A DNA stretch of 64,000 nucleotides from an uncultured Actinomycetota bacterium (lineage in GTDB: Bacteria > Actinomycetota > Actinomycetes > CAVWCF01). Positions within the stretch are counted from its first letter, which is position 1. Each line of letters starts with the position of its first letter. The stretch lies in NCBI GenBank assembly GCA_963697565.1, contig CAVOOM010000009.1, positions 70,304 to 134,303 on the forward strand, written 5' to 3'. Of the stretch, positions 38,900 to 47,840 are shown in pieces. The notes under the pieces were generated by a model that was given only the letters and a program-made list of their open reading frames with translations, was not told the DNA's origin and did no database searches. The translations under genes and the position numbers were made by a program.

Positions 38900-41005
38900 G
38901 TGATCGACTCCGCGCTGCGCGAGCTAGCCTCGACCCACGGCATCTCCACCGAGTACTGGGATTGGCGCGGACGGCATGTCCAGGTGGGCCGCGACGCCTT
39001 GGTCGCCGTGCTCGCGGGGCTAGGGGTCGAGGCGGCGACGCCCGAGGCCGCCCAGGTCGCGGTCACCGCCGACCGCGCGGCGCGCTGGTCACGCATGCTG
39101 CCGCCCACTGTGGTCGCACGCCGCGGGGCGTCTCCGTGGTTCTGGGTCCATGTGCCGCATGGCGAGCCAGCCGAGGTGTGGATCGAGTTGGAGGACGGGG
39201 GCCGCCGCCACGACATCGCGCAGGTCGACCACTGGGTCGATCCGATGCGCATCGGCGGCGCGCTGATCGGCGAGGCGACCTACGCCGTGCCCTCGGACCT
39301 GCCCGCTGGCTACCACGCGCTGCGGGCCCGCTGCGGTGACACGACGGCGACGGCGACGCTGATCGTGGCCCCCGACCGCCTTGAGATCCCCGCGGCCTTG
39401 GAGCGGGGCCGTGCCTGGGGATTCCTCACCCAGCTGTACGCGGTGCGGTCGCGCCGCTCGTGGGGGATCGGCGACCTCGGCGACCTCGCCGACCTCGCCG
39501 CGTGGAGCGGCCACGAGCTGGGCGCCGGGTTTGTGTTGGTGAACCCGCTGCACGCGGGGTCGCCGGCCACGCCGATCGAGCCCTCGCCCTATCTGCCCGC
39601 GTCGCGCCGCTTCGCCAACCCGCTCTACCTGCGGCTGGAGGCGGTGCCCGAGGCGGCCTACCTCGGGGCCGCGCGGGCCGAGTTCGACCGGCTGGCCGAG
39701 CACGGTCGCGCCCTGACCGACGCGGACGTCATCGACCGCGACGCCTGCTGGCCACTCAAGCGACGGGCGCTCGAGCTGCTGTGCGCGGTCGAGCTCACCC
39801 CCGGGCGGGCCGCCTCGCTGGCCGCCTACCGCGAGCGCGAGGCGGAGGGGCTCGGCGAGTTCGCCACCTGGTGCGCGCTGGCCGAGGTCCACGGAGGGGC
39901 CCTGGAGGAGTGGCCGGAGGAGTTGCGCGACGCGCGATCGGAGAGCGTGGCCGCCGAGCGGCTGCGGCTGTCGGACGCGGTGGAGCTGCACGTCCGGGCG
40001 CAGTGGTGGCTCGATGAGCAGCTGGCCGCCGCCGCCACCGCGGCGCGCGACGCCGGGATGGGCATCGGGATCGTGCACGACCTGGCCGTCGGGGTCGACC
40101 CCGACGGGGCCGATCCGTGGGTGCTGGGTGACCTGCTGGCGGGCGACTGCAGCGTCGGGGCCCCGCCGGATGCGTACACCCAGGCCGGGCAGGACTGGTC
40201 GCAGCCGCCCTGGCGCCCGGATCGCCTCGCCGAAGTCGGCTACGCGCCCTACCGGGCGATGCTGCGCACGGTGCTCCGGCACGCCGGCGGGCTGCGCGTC
40301 GACCATGTGCTGGGGTTGTTCCGGCTCTGGTGGGTGCCGGCCGGGATGTCGCCGACCGAGGGCGCGTACGTCCGGTACGACCACGAGGCGCTGATCGGCA
40401 TCCTGTTGCTCGAGGCCGAGCGCGCGGGCGCCGTGGTGATCGGCGAAGACCTCGGGACCGTCGAGCCCTGGGTGCGCGACTACCTACGCGAGCGCGGGGT
40501 CTTCGGCACCTCGGTGCTGTGGTTCGAGCGCGGCTGGTCCGACGAGGCGCTGCGCCCCGAGCACTGGCGCGAGCTGTGCCTGGCCTCGGTCACGACGCAC
40601 GACCTGCCGCCGACCGCGGGCTACCTGGCCGGGGTCCACGTCGACCTGCGCGGCTCACTGGGCCTGCTGGAGCGCGCGGTCGAGGACGAGCGGGCCGTCC
40701 ACGAGGCCGATGTCGCCGAGTGGACCGCGCTGCTCGTGGAGCTCGGGCTGCTGCGCGAGGGCGCCGGCGAGCGGGAGGTCGTCGAGGCGCTGCACCGGTT
40801 CTTGGTCCGCACGCCGTCACGGCTGCTGGGCGTCGCGCTGCCCGATGCGGTCGGCGACCGGCGCCCGGTGAACCAACCCGGCACGCACCACGAGTACCCG
40901 AACTGGCGGGTGCCGATGACCGACTCGGCCGGCGCCGCGGTGCTGCTTGAGGACCTGCCCGCGCATCCGCGGCTGCGCTCGCTCGTCGAGGCGGTGCGCG
41001 GCTAG
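38900..41005 (+). CDS. malQ: 4-alpha-glucanotransferase (GH77 amylomaltase)
   Basis: GTG at 38900 lies inside ORF 38669..41005. Motifs are RSWGIGDLGDLADLA, VNPLHA, PSPYLPASRRF, LRVDHVLGLFRLWWVP, VIGEDLGTV and TTHDLPP. Confidence 0.85.
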   Translation: MIDSALRELASTHGISTEYWDWRGRHVQVGRDALVAVLAGLGVEAATPEAAQVAVTADRAARWSRMLPPTVVARRGASPWFWVHVPHGEPAEVWIELEDGGRRHDIAQVDHWVDPMRIGGALIGEATYAVPSDLPAGYHALRARCGDTTATATLIVAPDRLEIPAALERGRAWGFLTQLYAVRSRRSWGIGDLGDLADLAAWSGHELGAGFVLVNPLHAGSPATPIEPSPYLPASRRFANPLYLRLEAVPEAAYLGAARAEFDRLAEHGRALTDADVIDRDACWPLKRRALELLCAVELTPGRAASLAAYREREAEGLGEFATWCALAEVHGGALEEWPEELRDARSESVAAERLRLSDAVELHVRAQWWLDEQLAAAATAARDAGMGIGIVHDLAVGVDPDGADPWVLGDLLAGDCSVGAPPDAYTQAGQDWSQPPWRPDRLAEVGYAPYRAMLRTVLRHAGGLRVDHVLGLFRLWWVPAGMSPTEGAYVRYDHEALIGILLLEAERAGAVVIGEDLGTVEPWVRDYLRERGVFGTSVLWFERGWSDEALRPEHWRELCLASVTTHDLPPTAGYLAGVHVDLRGSLGLLERAVEDERAVHEADVAEWTALLVELGLLREGAGEREVVEALHRFLVRTPSRLLGVALPDAVGDRRPVNQPGTHHEYPNWRVPMTDSAGAAVLLEDLPAHPRLRSLVEAVRG

Positions 41006-43542
41006 CCCGCGTCGCAGGCCCGTGCGCGCATCGCGCGCAGCACCCCGTCGCGCCCCTCGGCCACCAGCCGGCGGGCCGCGGGGTTGAGGTCGGGGTTCGC
41101 CTGCAGGAACGCCTCGGCGAGGTCGGCGGTCTGCTGCTCGACCAGCAGCGCGGGAAACAGCCCGACCGTGATGTTCGAGGCCATCTCGGTCGTGCGACTG
41201 GCCCAGACGTCGGGCACCTGGGTGAAGAAGCGGGCCGCGTACGGGCGCAGCAGGTCGAGCTGGTCGGCCTGCTGGAAGCCGCCGATGGTGGCCGTCTGCA
41301 TGGCGTTGGGCAGCAGGTCCGCATCGACGACCTTGGCCCAGGCCCCCGCCTTGGCCTCGGCGCTGGGCACCGCGGCGCGAAGCGCGGCGGCGTAGCGCTC
41401 TCCGCTGGAGGTCGCGTCGCGGGCCAACTCGGCCTCGATCGCGTCGGCGGGCTCGGCCCCCGTGGCGATGAGCCGCCCGAGGAGCGGCCAGCGCAGGTCA
41501 GGGTCCAGTGCCAGCCCGTCCGGGACGGCCGAGCCGTCGAGCAGCCCGCGCACGGCCTCGAGCTCGTCGGGCGTGCTGGCGAAGTTGGCGAAGGCGCGCG
41601 CGAAGGCGAGTTGGTGGTCGGAGGCCGGCTCGGCCTCCTGCAGCAACCCGAAGAAGGCGGCGGCGACCCGGCGGACGAGGTCGGGGCGGTGGGACGGGTG
41701 GGCGAACTGGTCGATGACCAGCTTCGCCTGGCGCAGGATCGTGCCCACGGTCACCAGGTCGGACTCGGCGGCCACCCCGCGCACGACCAGCTCGAGGAAG
41801 TCGGTGGCGCTCATCTCGGCGTCGCGGGTCATGTCCCAGGCGGCGGCCCACAGCAGCGCCCGGGTGAGGGAGTCGTCGAGGGCGGCCAACGAGGTGGTGG
41901 CCGTGTGGAGGGACCGATCGTCGAGGCGGATCTTGGCGAAGGTGAGGTCGCCGTCGTTGAGCAGCAGCAGGTCAGGCTGCCCCACGCCGACCAGCTGCGG
42001 CACCTCGGTCACGGCGCCGACGAGGTCCAGCTCGACGCGGTCGCGGAGCACGAGCCGGTCGCCGGCGCGGTCGTACAGGCCGACGCCGATGCGGTGCGAG
42101 CGCAGCGTGGGGTAGTCGCTCGGGGCCTCCTGGGCGACGGCGAACTCGGCGTACGAGCCGTCCGGCCCCACGGTGAAGGCCGGGCGCAGGGTGTTGCAGC
42201 CGGCCGTCTCCAGCCACTCCTTCGACCAGGCCGACAGGTCGCGGCCGGATTCGCGCTCCAGCTCGGAGAGCAGGTCGCCGAGGGTGGTGTTCTGCCAGGC
42301 GTGGCGGTCCATGTAGGTGCGGACACCGGCCATGAACGGCTCGACGCCGACCCATGCGACGAGTTGGCGCAGGACGGAGGCGCCCTTGGCGTAGGTGATC
42401 CCGTCGAAGTTCTGCTTGGCGGTCTCCAGGTCGGGCGCGTCGGCGGCGATCGGGTGGGTCGACGGCAACTGGTCTTGGCGGTAGCCCCAGGCCTTGCGCC
42501 CGGTGGCGAAGCCGGTCCAGGACCCGGTGAACCGGGTCGCCTCGGCCGCGGAGTGGTAGGCCATGAACTCGGCGAACGACTCGTTCAGCCACAGGTCGTC
42601 CCACCACCGCATGGTCACGAGGTCGCCGAACCACATGTGGGCCATCTCGTGCAGGATCGTGTTGGCGCGGGCATCGCGCGAGGCGTCGGTGACCTTGCTG
42701 CGGAAGACCATGTCCTCCAAGAAGGTCACGCAGCCCGCGTTCTCCATCGCGCCGGCGTTGAACTCCGGCACGAACAGCTGGTCGTACTTCGCGAACGGGT
42801 ACGGGCGCCCGTACTGCTCCTCGAAGAAGGCGAAGCCCTGCTTGGTGACCTCGAGGATCTCGTCGGGGTCGAGGTACTGCCCGAGCGAGGCCCGGCAGAA
42901 CACCCCGAGCGGGATCGTGGAGCCGTCGGCGCGGACGTACTCATCGCGGACCGAGTAGTACGGGCCGGCGACGAGCGCCGTGATGTACGTCGAGATGCGC
43001 GCCGTCGGGGCGAACCCCCAGCGGGCGACCCCGTCGGAGACCGGCTGCGGCTCGGGGGTGGGGGAGTTGGAGACGACCTGCCAGTCGGCGGGCGCGGCCA
43101 CGGTGAGCTGGAAGGTGGCCTTGAGGTCGGGCTGGTCGAAGCAGCTGAAGACCCGCATCGCGTCGCGCGGCTCGTGCTGCGTGTAGAGGTAGACCGAGCC
43201 GTCGACCGGGTCGGTGAACCGGTGCAGCCCCTCGCCGGTGCGCGAGTACGCGCATTCCGCGACGACGCGCACCGTGTTGTCGGCGGCCAGGCCGGACAGC
43301 GCGATCCGGGCGCCGGTGACGGCGGTGGCCGGGTCGAGCCGCACCCCGTTGAGCTCGATCTCCAGCACCGACTCGGCGGCGAGGTCGATGAACGTGCCCG
43401 CCCCGGGCTCCTCGCAGCCGAACCGCACGGCCGTCTCGCTGCGGAAGGTCGTCTCGGACGTGGTGAGGTCGAGCCGCACGTCGTAGGACTCCACCTTGAG
43501 CAGGCGGGCGCGTTCCCGCGCCTCGGCGCGGGTCAGGTTCAT
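41002..43542 (-). CDS. pepN: aminopeptidase N (M1 family)
   Basis: ORF 41002..43611. The start is at MNLTRAEARERA (alternative GTG at 43563). Motifs are GAMEN and HEMAHMWFGDLVTMRWWDDLWLNESFA. Confidence 0.9.
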   Translation of the reverse strand: MNLTRAEARERARLLKVESYDVRLDLTTSETTFRSETAVRFGCEEPGAGTFIDLAAESVLEIELNGVRLDPATAVTGARIALSGLAADNTVRVVAECAYSRTGEGLHRFTDPVDGSVYLYTQHEPRDAMRVFSCFDQPDLKATFQLTVAAPADWQVVSNSPTPEPQPVSDGVARWGFAPTARISTYITALVAGPYYSVRDEYVRADGSTIPLGVFCRASLGQYLDPDEILEVTKQGFAFFEEQYGRPYPFAKYDQLFVPEFNAGAMENAGCVTFLEDMVFRSKVTDASRDARANTILHEMAHMWFGDLVTMRWWDDLWLNESFAEFMAYHSAAEATRFTGSWTGFATGRKAWGYRQDQLPSTHPIAADAPDLETAKQNFDGITYAKGASVLRQLVAWVGVEPFMAGVRTYMDRHAWQNTTLGDLLSELERESGRDLSAWSKEWLETAGCNTLRPAFTVGPDGSYAEFAVAQEAPSDYPTLRSHRIGVGLYDRAGDRLVLRDRVELDLVGAVTEVPQLVGVGQPDLLLLNDGDLTFAKIRLDDRSLHTATTSLAALDDSLTRALLWAAAWDMTRDAEMSATDFLELVVRGVAAESDLVTVGTILRQAKLVIDQFAHPSHRPDLVRRVAAAFFGLLQEAEPASDHQLAFARAFANFASTPDELEAVRGLLDGSAVPDGLALDPDLRWPLLGRLIATGAEPADAIEAELARDATSSGERYAAALRAAVPSAEAKAGAWAKVVDADLLPNAMQTATIGGFQQADQLDLLRPYAARFFTQVPDVWASRTTEMASNITVGLFPALLVEQQTADLAEAFLQANPDLNPAARRLVAEGRDGVLRAMRARACDAG

Positions 43543-43776
43543 CTCGGCAGGGGTGCCGGGCACGGGTGCTCCCTCGGTCGGGTCGTGGGAGGCGGCCCGG
43601 AGGCCGCCCAACCGGGGTCACGCTAGTCGGCCGGAGCCGGAATCGCGGCACAGATTGCGGTGGGACGGGGCCGCGTCCGCAAGACTGCCCGCCGCGGCGG
43701 GCGGGGCGGGCTATCCGTCCCCCGGCCGCGTGGGGCGTCCTCCCGCCCTCGGGACGCGGCTGACAGAATCCGCCGC

Positions 43777-44250
43777 ATGCGCGTCCACCTCGGCTCCGAT
43801 CACGCCGGCCTCGATCTCAAGCAGCGCCTCGCCGACCACCTCCAGGAGGCGGGCCACGAGGTCGTCGACCACGGCCCGGCGGTCTACGACGCGCTGGACG
43901 ACTACCCGCCGTTCTGCCTGCGCGCCGCCGAGGCGGTGATCGACGACCCCGGCAGCCTCGGCGTCGTCATCGGCGGCTCGGGCAACGGCGAGCAGATCGC
44001 CGCCAACAAGGTGCCGGGCGTCCGCGCGGCCCTCGCGTGGAGCCTGGAGACCGCGCAGCTCGCGCGGGAGCACAACGACGCCAACGTCGTCTCCGTGGGC
44101 GGCCGCATGCACCCCGCAGAGGAGGCGATCGCGTTCGTCGACCGCTTCCTGGCCACGCCGTACTCCGGCGAGGAGCGGCACAGCCGGCGGATCGCGATGC
44201 TCAGTCAGTACGAGCAGACGGGCGACCTGCCCCCCCTGCCGGGGGAGTAG
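43777..44250 (+). CDS. rpiB: ribose-5-phosphate isomerase B
   Basis: Internal ATG of ORF 43660..44250. The sequence is MRVHLGSDHAGLDLK...GVVIGGSGNGEQIAANKVPGVRAALAWS...AREHNDANV. Confidence 0.9.
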   Translation: MRVHLGSDHAGLDLKQRLADHLQEAGHEVVDHGPAVYDALDDYPPFCLRAAEAVIDDPGSLGVVIGGSGNGEQIAANKVPGVRAALAWSLETAQLAREHNDANVVSVGGRMHPAEEAIAFVDRFLATPYSGEERHSRRIAMLSQYEQTGDLPPLPGE

Positions 44251-44440
44251 CCGGGCGGGGGGCCCTGGGGGCCTCGGCCACCCGGGGGCCCTGCTTGAGC
44301 GGCAGCGCGGCGGCCGCCACGTGATCGGCCGGGCGAGGGCGCGCGACGTCTCGGGCGCGCATCGAGCCCTCGACCCCGACGATGGACGGGGCCGAACCCG
44401 TCAGCCCGCGAAGCGCCCGCTCGTCGTCCCGCTCGGCCAT
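44201..44440 (-). CDS. small ORF of doubtful reality (only the first ~35 codons look protein-like)
   Basis: ORF 44201..44440 starts MAERDDERALRGLTGSAPSIVGVEGSMRARDV. The 3' half is Pro/Ala/Arg junk and overlaps the rpiB 3' end. Confidence 0.2.
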   Translation of the reverse strand: MAERDDERALRGLTGSAPSIVGVEGSMRARDVARPRPADHVAAAALPLKQGPRVAEAPRAPRPATPPAGGAGRPSARTD

Positions 44441-44503
44441 CAGCCCCTCGCCTCCCTGGTCGACGCGCTCGCCGACTCCTTCGCGTGCGCCCCCATCATC
44501 GCC

Positions 44504-45745
44504 TCAGAACACCCACGGGCACCATGGGCGCGGCTCGTGTGACATCGCCGCCGACCAGCGGGCGATCGCGGCCCGGTCGCCGTGGATCCGGCCCGCCTCG
44601 GCGTACTGCACCAGGCTGGACCCACCGAGGAAGGCCGCTCCGATGTCGGCCACGTCGCAGCGCACGTCTGGTTCGCTGGCGACGCGGACCGCCTCGCCGC
44701 CCTCCGGCCGAAGCACCAGCCGCCAGGTGCCTGCCGCGTGCCCGGTGAACCCGTCGGAGACCGCCACGACGAGGTCTGCGGGCGCCGCGTACGTCCGGGC
44801 CGCGATGGCCGCGGGCAGGTCCAGCACGCGGACCCACAGGGTGTCGGCCACGGACCGCACCACCCCGCGCACTCCCGCCATCATCGTCAGGATCGGGTCG
44901 TCGACCGGGGCCAGCCGCCACTCGACGGTGTTGGTCAGGTCGTGGCCGAGCAGCACGCGCCACACCGCGGCCCGGGATGCCGGGTCGACCGCGGCGAGCT
45001 CGCGGATCCGCACGGTCCCGGTCGGCCCGCCGGGGCCCCACTCCTGCTTGACCGCGTAGAGCGCGTACGCGCGGGCCTCGCCGTCGCGCTCGACCACCAG
45101 GGCCCGCAGCTCGCAGGCGCCGTCGCGGCGGTGCTCGGGGTCGTCGATGCGGTACGCCCAGCGGGCGTCGGTCGTCGTGGCCAGGTGGCCGGGCCGCTGC
45201 GGCCCGGTGACGGCGTCGACGGCGTCGACCGCGGCGCGGGCCTCGGCCGGGGTGGTGATCCGCGCGCGGAGCCCGGCCTCGCCCTCGACCGGCGGCAGCA
45301 GGGCTGCGTCGCCGGGCAGCTCGAGGGCTGCGCGGTGGGCGGCCACTCCGTATCCGAAGCGGCCGTAGATGGTGGGCTCGCTCGACCAGAGGACCGCCAC
45401 CGGCTCACGGTTGGCCGAAGCGATGTCGTCGAGCTGCCGCCGCATCAGCGCGCGGGCGACTCCGCGGCGGCGGTGGGTCGGCAGCACCCCGACCCAGGTG
45501 ATGCCGGCTGCGGGGACGTACCTGCCGCCAGGGACGGCCAGCCGCAGGGAGTACGCGGAGGCGATGCCGGCGGCGGCGCCGTCGAGGTAGGCGACCAGCG
45601 AGCGGTCCATCTCGAGGGTGGCCTTGTCCGCGGCCAGCCCGTCGCTCTGCCAGGTGTAGCCGAAGGCGATCTCGTCGATCCGGCGGAACTCCTCCCAGTC
45701 GCCGCCGAACGGTCTGACGTCGAGGTCCGTGCCGCTGGTGTCCAT
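44504..45745 (-). CDS. Eis-like GNAT N-acetyltransferase (GNAT + GNAT-like + SCP2-like C-terminal domain)
   Basis: ORF 44504..45781. The start is at MDTSGTDLDVRPF. The acetyl-CoA motif is VLPTHRRRGVARALM. The ~410-aa three-domain layout ends in F, as in Eis proteins. Confidence 0.75.
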   Translation of the reverse strand: MDTSGTDLDVRPFGGDWEEFRRIDEIAFGYTWQSDGLAADKATLEMDRSLVAYLDGAAAGIASAYSLRLAVPGGRYVPAAGITWVGVLPTHRRRGVARALMRRQLDDIASANREPVAVLWSSEPTIYGRFGYGVAAHRAALELPGDAALLPPVEGEAGLRARITTPAEARAAVDAVDAVTGPQRPGHLATTTDARWAYRIDDPEHRRDGACELRALVVERDGEARAYALYAVKQEWGPGGPTGTVRIRELAAVDPASRAAVWRVLLGHDLTNTVEWRLAPVDDPILTMMAGVRGVVRSVADTLWVRVLDLPAAIAARTYAAPADLVVAVSDGFTGHAAGTWRLVLRPEGGEAVRVASEPDVRCDVADIGAAFLGGSSLVQYAEAGRIHGDRAAIARWSAAMSHEPRPWCPWVF

Positions 45746-45816
45746 GCCGCCGTTATACCTGGGGCTGGCCGTGAGGGGCACGCGGTTATCGCCCAGGGGC
45801 AGGCGGGCGACGGCGG

Positions 45817-46518
45817 TCAGGAGTGCCGGAGCAGGCCGAGCACGGCGTCGCGCGCCTCGGCGCCCACCAGGGCCCCGAACGAGCCCCAGACCGGGTCGGT
45901 GGCCTCATCGAAGAGCGCGGCCAGGTGCGCCGAGTCCCGGGCGGCGAGGTCGGCCGCCTCCACCAGCGAGGCCGGCGGCTCCAGCACGCACTCGGCGAAG
46001 CGCCCGGCATACGCGCTCAGCACCTGCTCGGCCACGGGGTAGTCCTCGGGCGCCACCCGCGCCGCGACGAGCCACGGGGACGAGAGCGCACGCAGCCGCA
46101 GGGGAACGGGCAGCCCGCCGAGCGAGGGGGCGGCGGCCAGGCCGGCCCGGATCTGGTCCAGCCCGGCGTAGACCGCCTCGAACCAGTCCGGGTCCAGGGG
46201 CGCCTCGACGCGCGGGAGCAGATCGCAGCCGAACGCGAGGTCGTCATCGGCCAGGGCGAGGTCGCTGGTCAGGTGCGGGATTGGGCTGTCCGGCTCGGCG
46301 AGGGCATGCAGCATCGAGCCCTCGATGCGCTGGGAGGGCACGCTGAGCGTCACGCTCACCAGGGCTCGCACGGGGCCTCCCCGCCACACGTCCACGGCCC
46401 CGGCTGGCGTGCCGTTCGCGAGGCGCAGCACGCTCGACGACGAGACGTCGAACGACACGGGCAACAGGGCGACCAGCTGGTCGCGCAGGAGCGAGGCGTG
46501 CTCCAGAAGGGCGGTCAC
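45817..46518 (-). CDS. hypothetical protein; loose resemblance to ferredoxin-dependent bilin reductase / RCC-reductase fold (low-confidence function)
   Basis: ORF 45817..46518. Coding potential is good. The segments MLHALAEPDSPIPHLTSDLAL...AFGCDLLP, LRALSSPWLVAARV and DPVWGSFGALVG loosely parallel PcyA-family blocks. Confidence 0.5.
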   Translation of the reverse strand: MTALLEHASLLRDQLVALLPVSFDVSSSSVLRLANGTPAGAVDVWRGGPVRALVSVTLSVPSQRIEGSMLHALAEPDSPIPHLTSDLALADDDLAFGCDLLPRVEAPLDPDWFEAVYAGLDQIRAGLAAAPSLGGLPVPLRLRALSSPWLVAARVAPEDYPVAEQVLSAYAGRFAECVLEPPASLVEAADLAARDSAHLAALFDEATDPVWGSFGALVGAEARDAVLGLLRHS

Positions 46519-46578
46519 CCGGCGAACCCTAGGGCGGCGGGGCCGCCTACCCGCCTCGGCGCGCCCGGCAGGGCGTGG

Positions 46579-47523
46579 CTAGGCGGCGAGCGACCGCGCG
46601 TCGATCTCCGGCAGCCGGCTGGGGTCCATGCCGGGCAAGGGGGTCTTCCAGTCGTACCCCCAGCCGCCGTCCAGCAGGTCCTGCCGCCGGCGGCGGTAGG
46701 CCAGGGCCATCTGGTCGCTGCGGATATGGAGCTCCGCCGACAGGTCGTACGGCAGCAGCTCGGGCCGCTGGTGCTCGACGACGGCGGCGTCGTTGACGAA
46801 GATCGGCATGGTGCGCTTGACGGCGTTCTTGTCGGCCCAGGTGCCGGTGAGGAAGGTCCGCAGCACGACGAACTTGGTCAGCGTCTGGTTCTTGGCCACC
46901 GGGATGTTGGTGTCGTAGAGGCAGAGCACCCCGATCGGGATGTTCACCTTGAGCCGGATGATGTTCGGCATCATCCAGCAGGTGTTGGTGGTGACGCCGG
47001 GGCGGTCGTCGAGGTTGACGTTGCGGTTCTTGAACTTGCCCCACATCCCCTTGGAGCCCGGCGGGTAGAGCGTCACGGTCGTCTCGGCGGTGTACTCCGT
47101 CTCGATCACCGTGTGCTCGGGCACCTCGGGCCGGTTGGGGTTGCCGAACTGGCCCGCGTGGACGAACGGCGCGTGCGCGATGTCGACGCCGTTCTCCAGG
47201 ATCCGCTCCGCGCCGGCGTTCCAGAAGAACTCCCCGGTGGCGGCGTGGCCGCCGTACGCGGGGTCGTCCCACTCGGGCCAGTCGGGGATCGGCGGCATCG
47301 CGCTGGCCGGCAGGTCCGGGTCGCCGAGGAACACCCAGACGAAGCCGTACCGGTCGGTGGCCGGGAACTCGGCCTTGCCGGTTCGGGCCTTGTTCCAGGC
47401 GCGCACCCGTCCCGACGGGTCACGGTGCATGACGACGTCCTGGCCGAGGCACGGCATCTCGACCGGGCGCTTGCCGTCGACGACCTTGGAGAACTCCAGC
47501 GCGTACCAAAAGTTCTTGAACAT
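46579..47523 (-). CDS. Rieske-type non-heme iron oxygenase alpha-subunit-like protein lacking the Rieske [2Fe-2S] ligands
   Basis: ORF 46579..47523, 314 aa. The N-terminus MFKNFWYALEFS...LGQDVVMHRDPSGRVRAW is Rieske-domain-like, but it is followed by NKARTGKAEFPATDRYGFVWVF with no CxH or CxxH. The mononuclear iron motif ENGVDIAHAPFVH is intact. Confidence 0.7.
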   Translation of the reverse strand: MFKNFWYALEFSKVVDGKRPVEMPCLGQDVVMHRDPSGRVRAWNKARTGKAEFPATDRYGFVWVFLGDPDLPASAMPPIPDWPEWDDPAYGGHAATGEFFWNAGAERILENGVDIAHAPFVHAGQFGNPNRPEVPEHTVIETEYTAETTVTLYPPGSKGMWGKFKNRNVNLDDRPGVTTNTCWMMPNIIRLKVNIPIGVLCLYDTNIPVAKNQTLTKFVVLRTFLTGTWADKNAVKRTMPIFVNDAAVVEHQRPELLPYDLSAELHIRSDQMALAYRRRRQDLLDGGWGYDWKTPLPGMDPSRLPEIDARSLAA

Positions 47524-47594
47524 GCAACCAGCGTCACCCGTGGAACGGGATTCCGCATCTTGAGCCGGGTCGCGCAGGCGGCGGCAGGCGAGGC

Positions 47595-47840
47595 TCAGGC
47601 GGCCCGGCGGACGAGGTACGCGACCAGGCCGTCCAGGCTGCGGACCTCGCGGTAGTCGTCCTCGGGGATGTCGACGCCGGTGGACTCGGCCAGGGCCTCG
47701 ACCAGGCCGAGGAAGTCCATCGAGTCGAGGTCGATCTCGCTGCGCAGGTCCCCGCCGGCGTCGACCTCATCGAGGTCGGCCTCTGGGGCGATCCGGGCGA
47801 GCGCGGCGACGACGGCGGCCCTGGCTTCTTCGGTGTTCAT
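47595..47840 (-). CDS. stand-alone acyl carrier protein
   Basis: ORF 47595..47840, 81 aa. The phosphopantetheine site is EIDLDSMDFLGLVEAL. The ATG overlaps the E2 stop (ATGA). Confidence 0.8.
   Translation of the reverse strand: MNTEEARAAVVAALARIAPEADLDEVDAGGDLRSEIDLDSMDFLGLVEALAESTGVDIPEDDYREVRSLDGLVAYLVRRAA

Noticed and set aside
41002-41005. Shared palindromic stop codons of convergent genes (GCTAGC at malQ/pepN, CCTAGG at 59045-59050).
   Set aside because: These are real overlaps but a trivial consequence of tight packing. There is no evidence of regulatory meaning.
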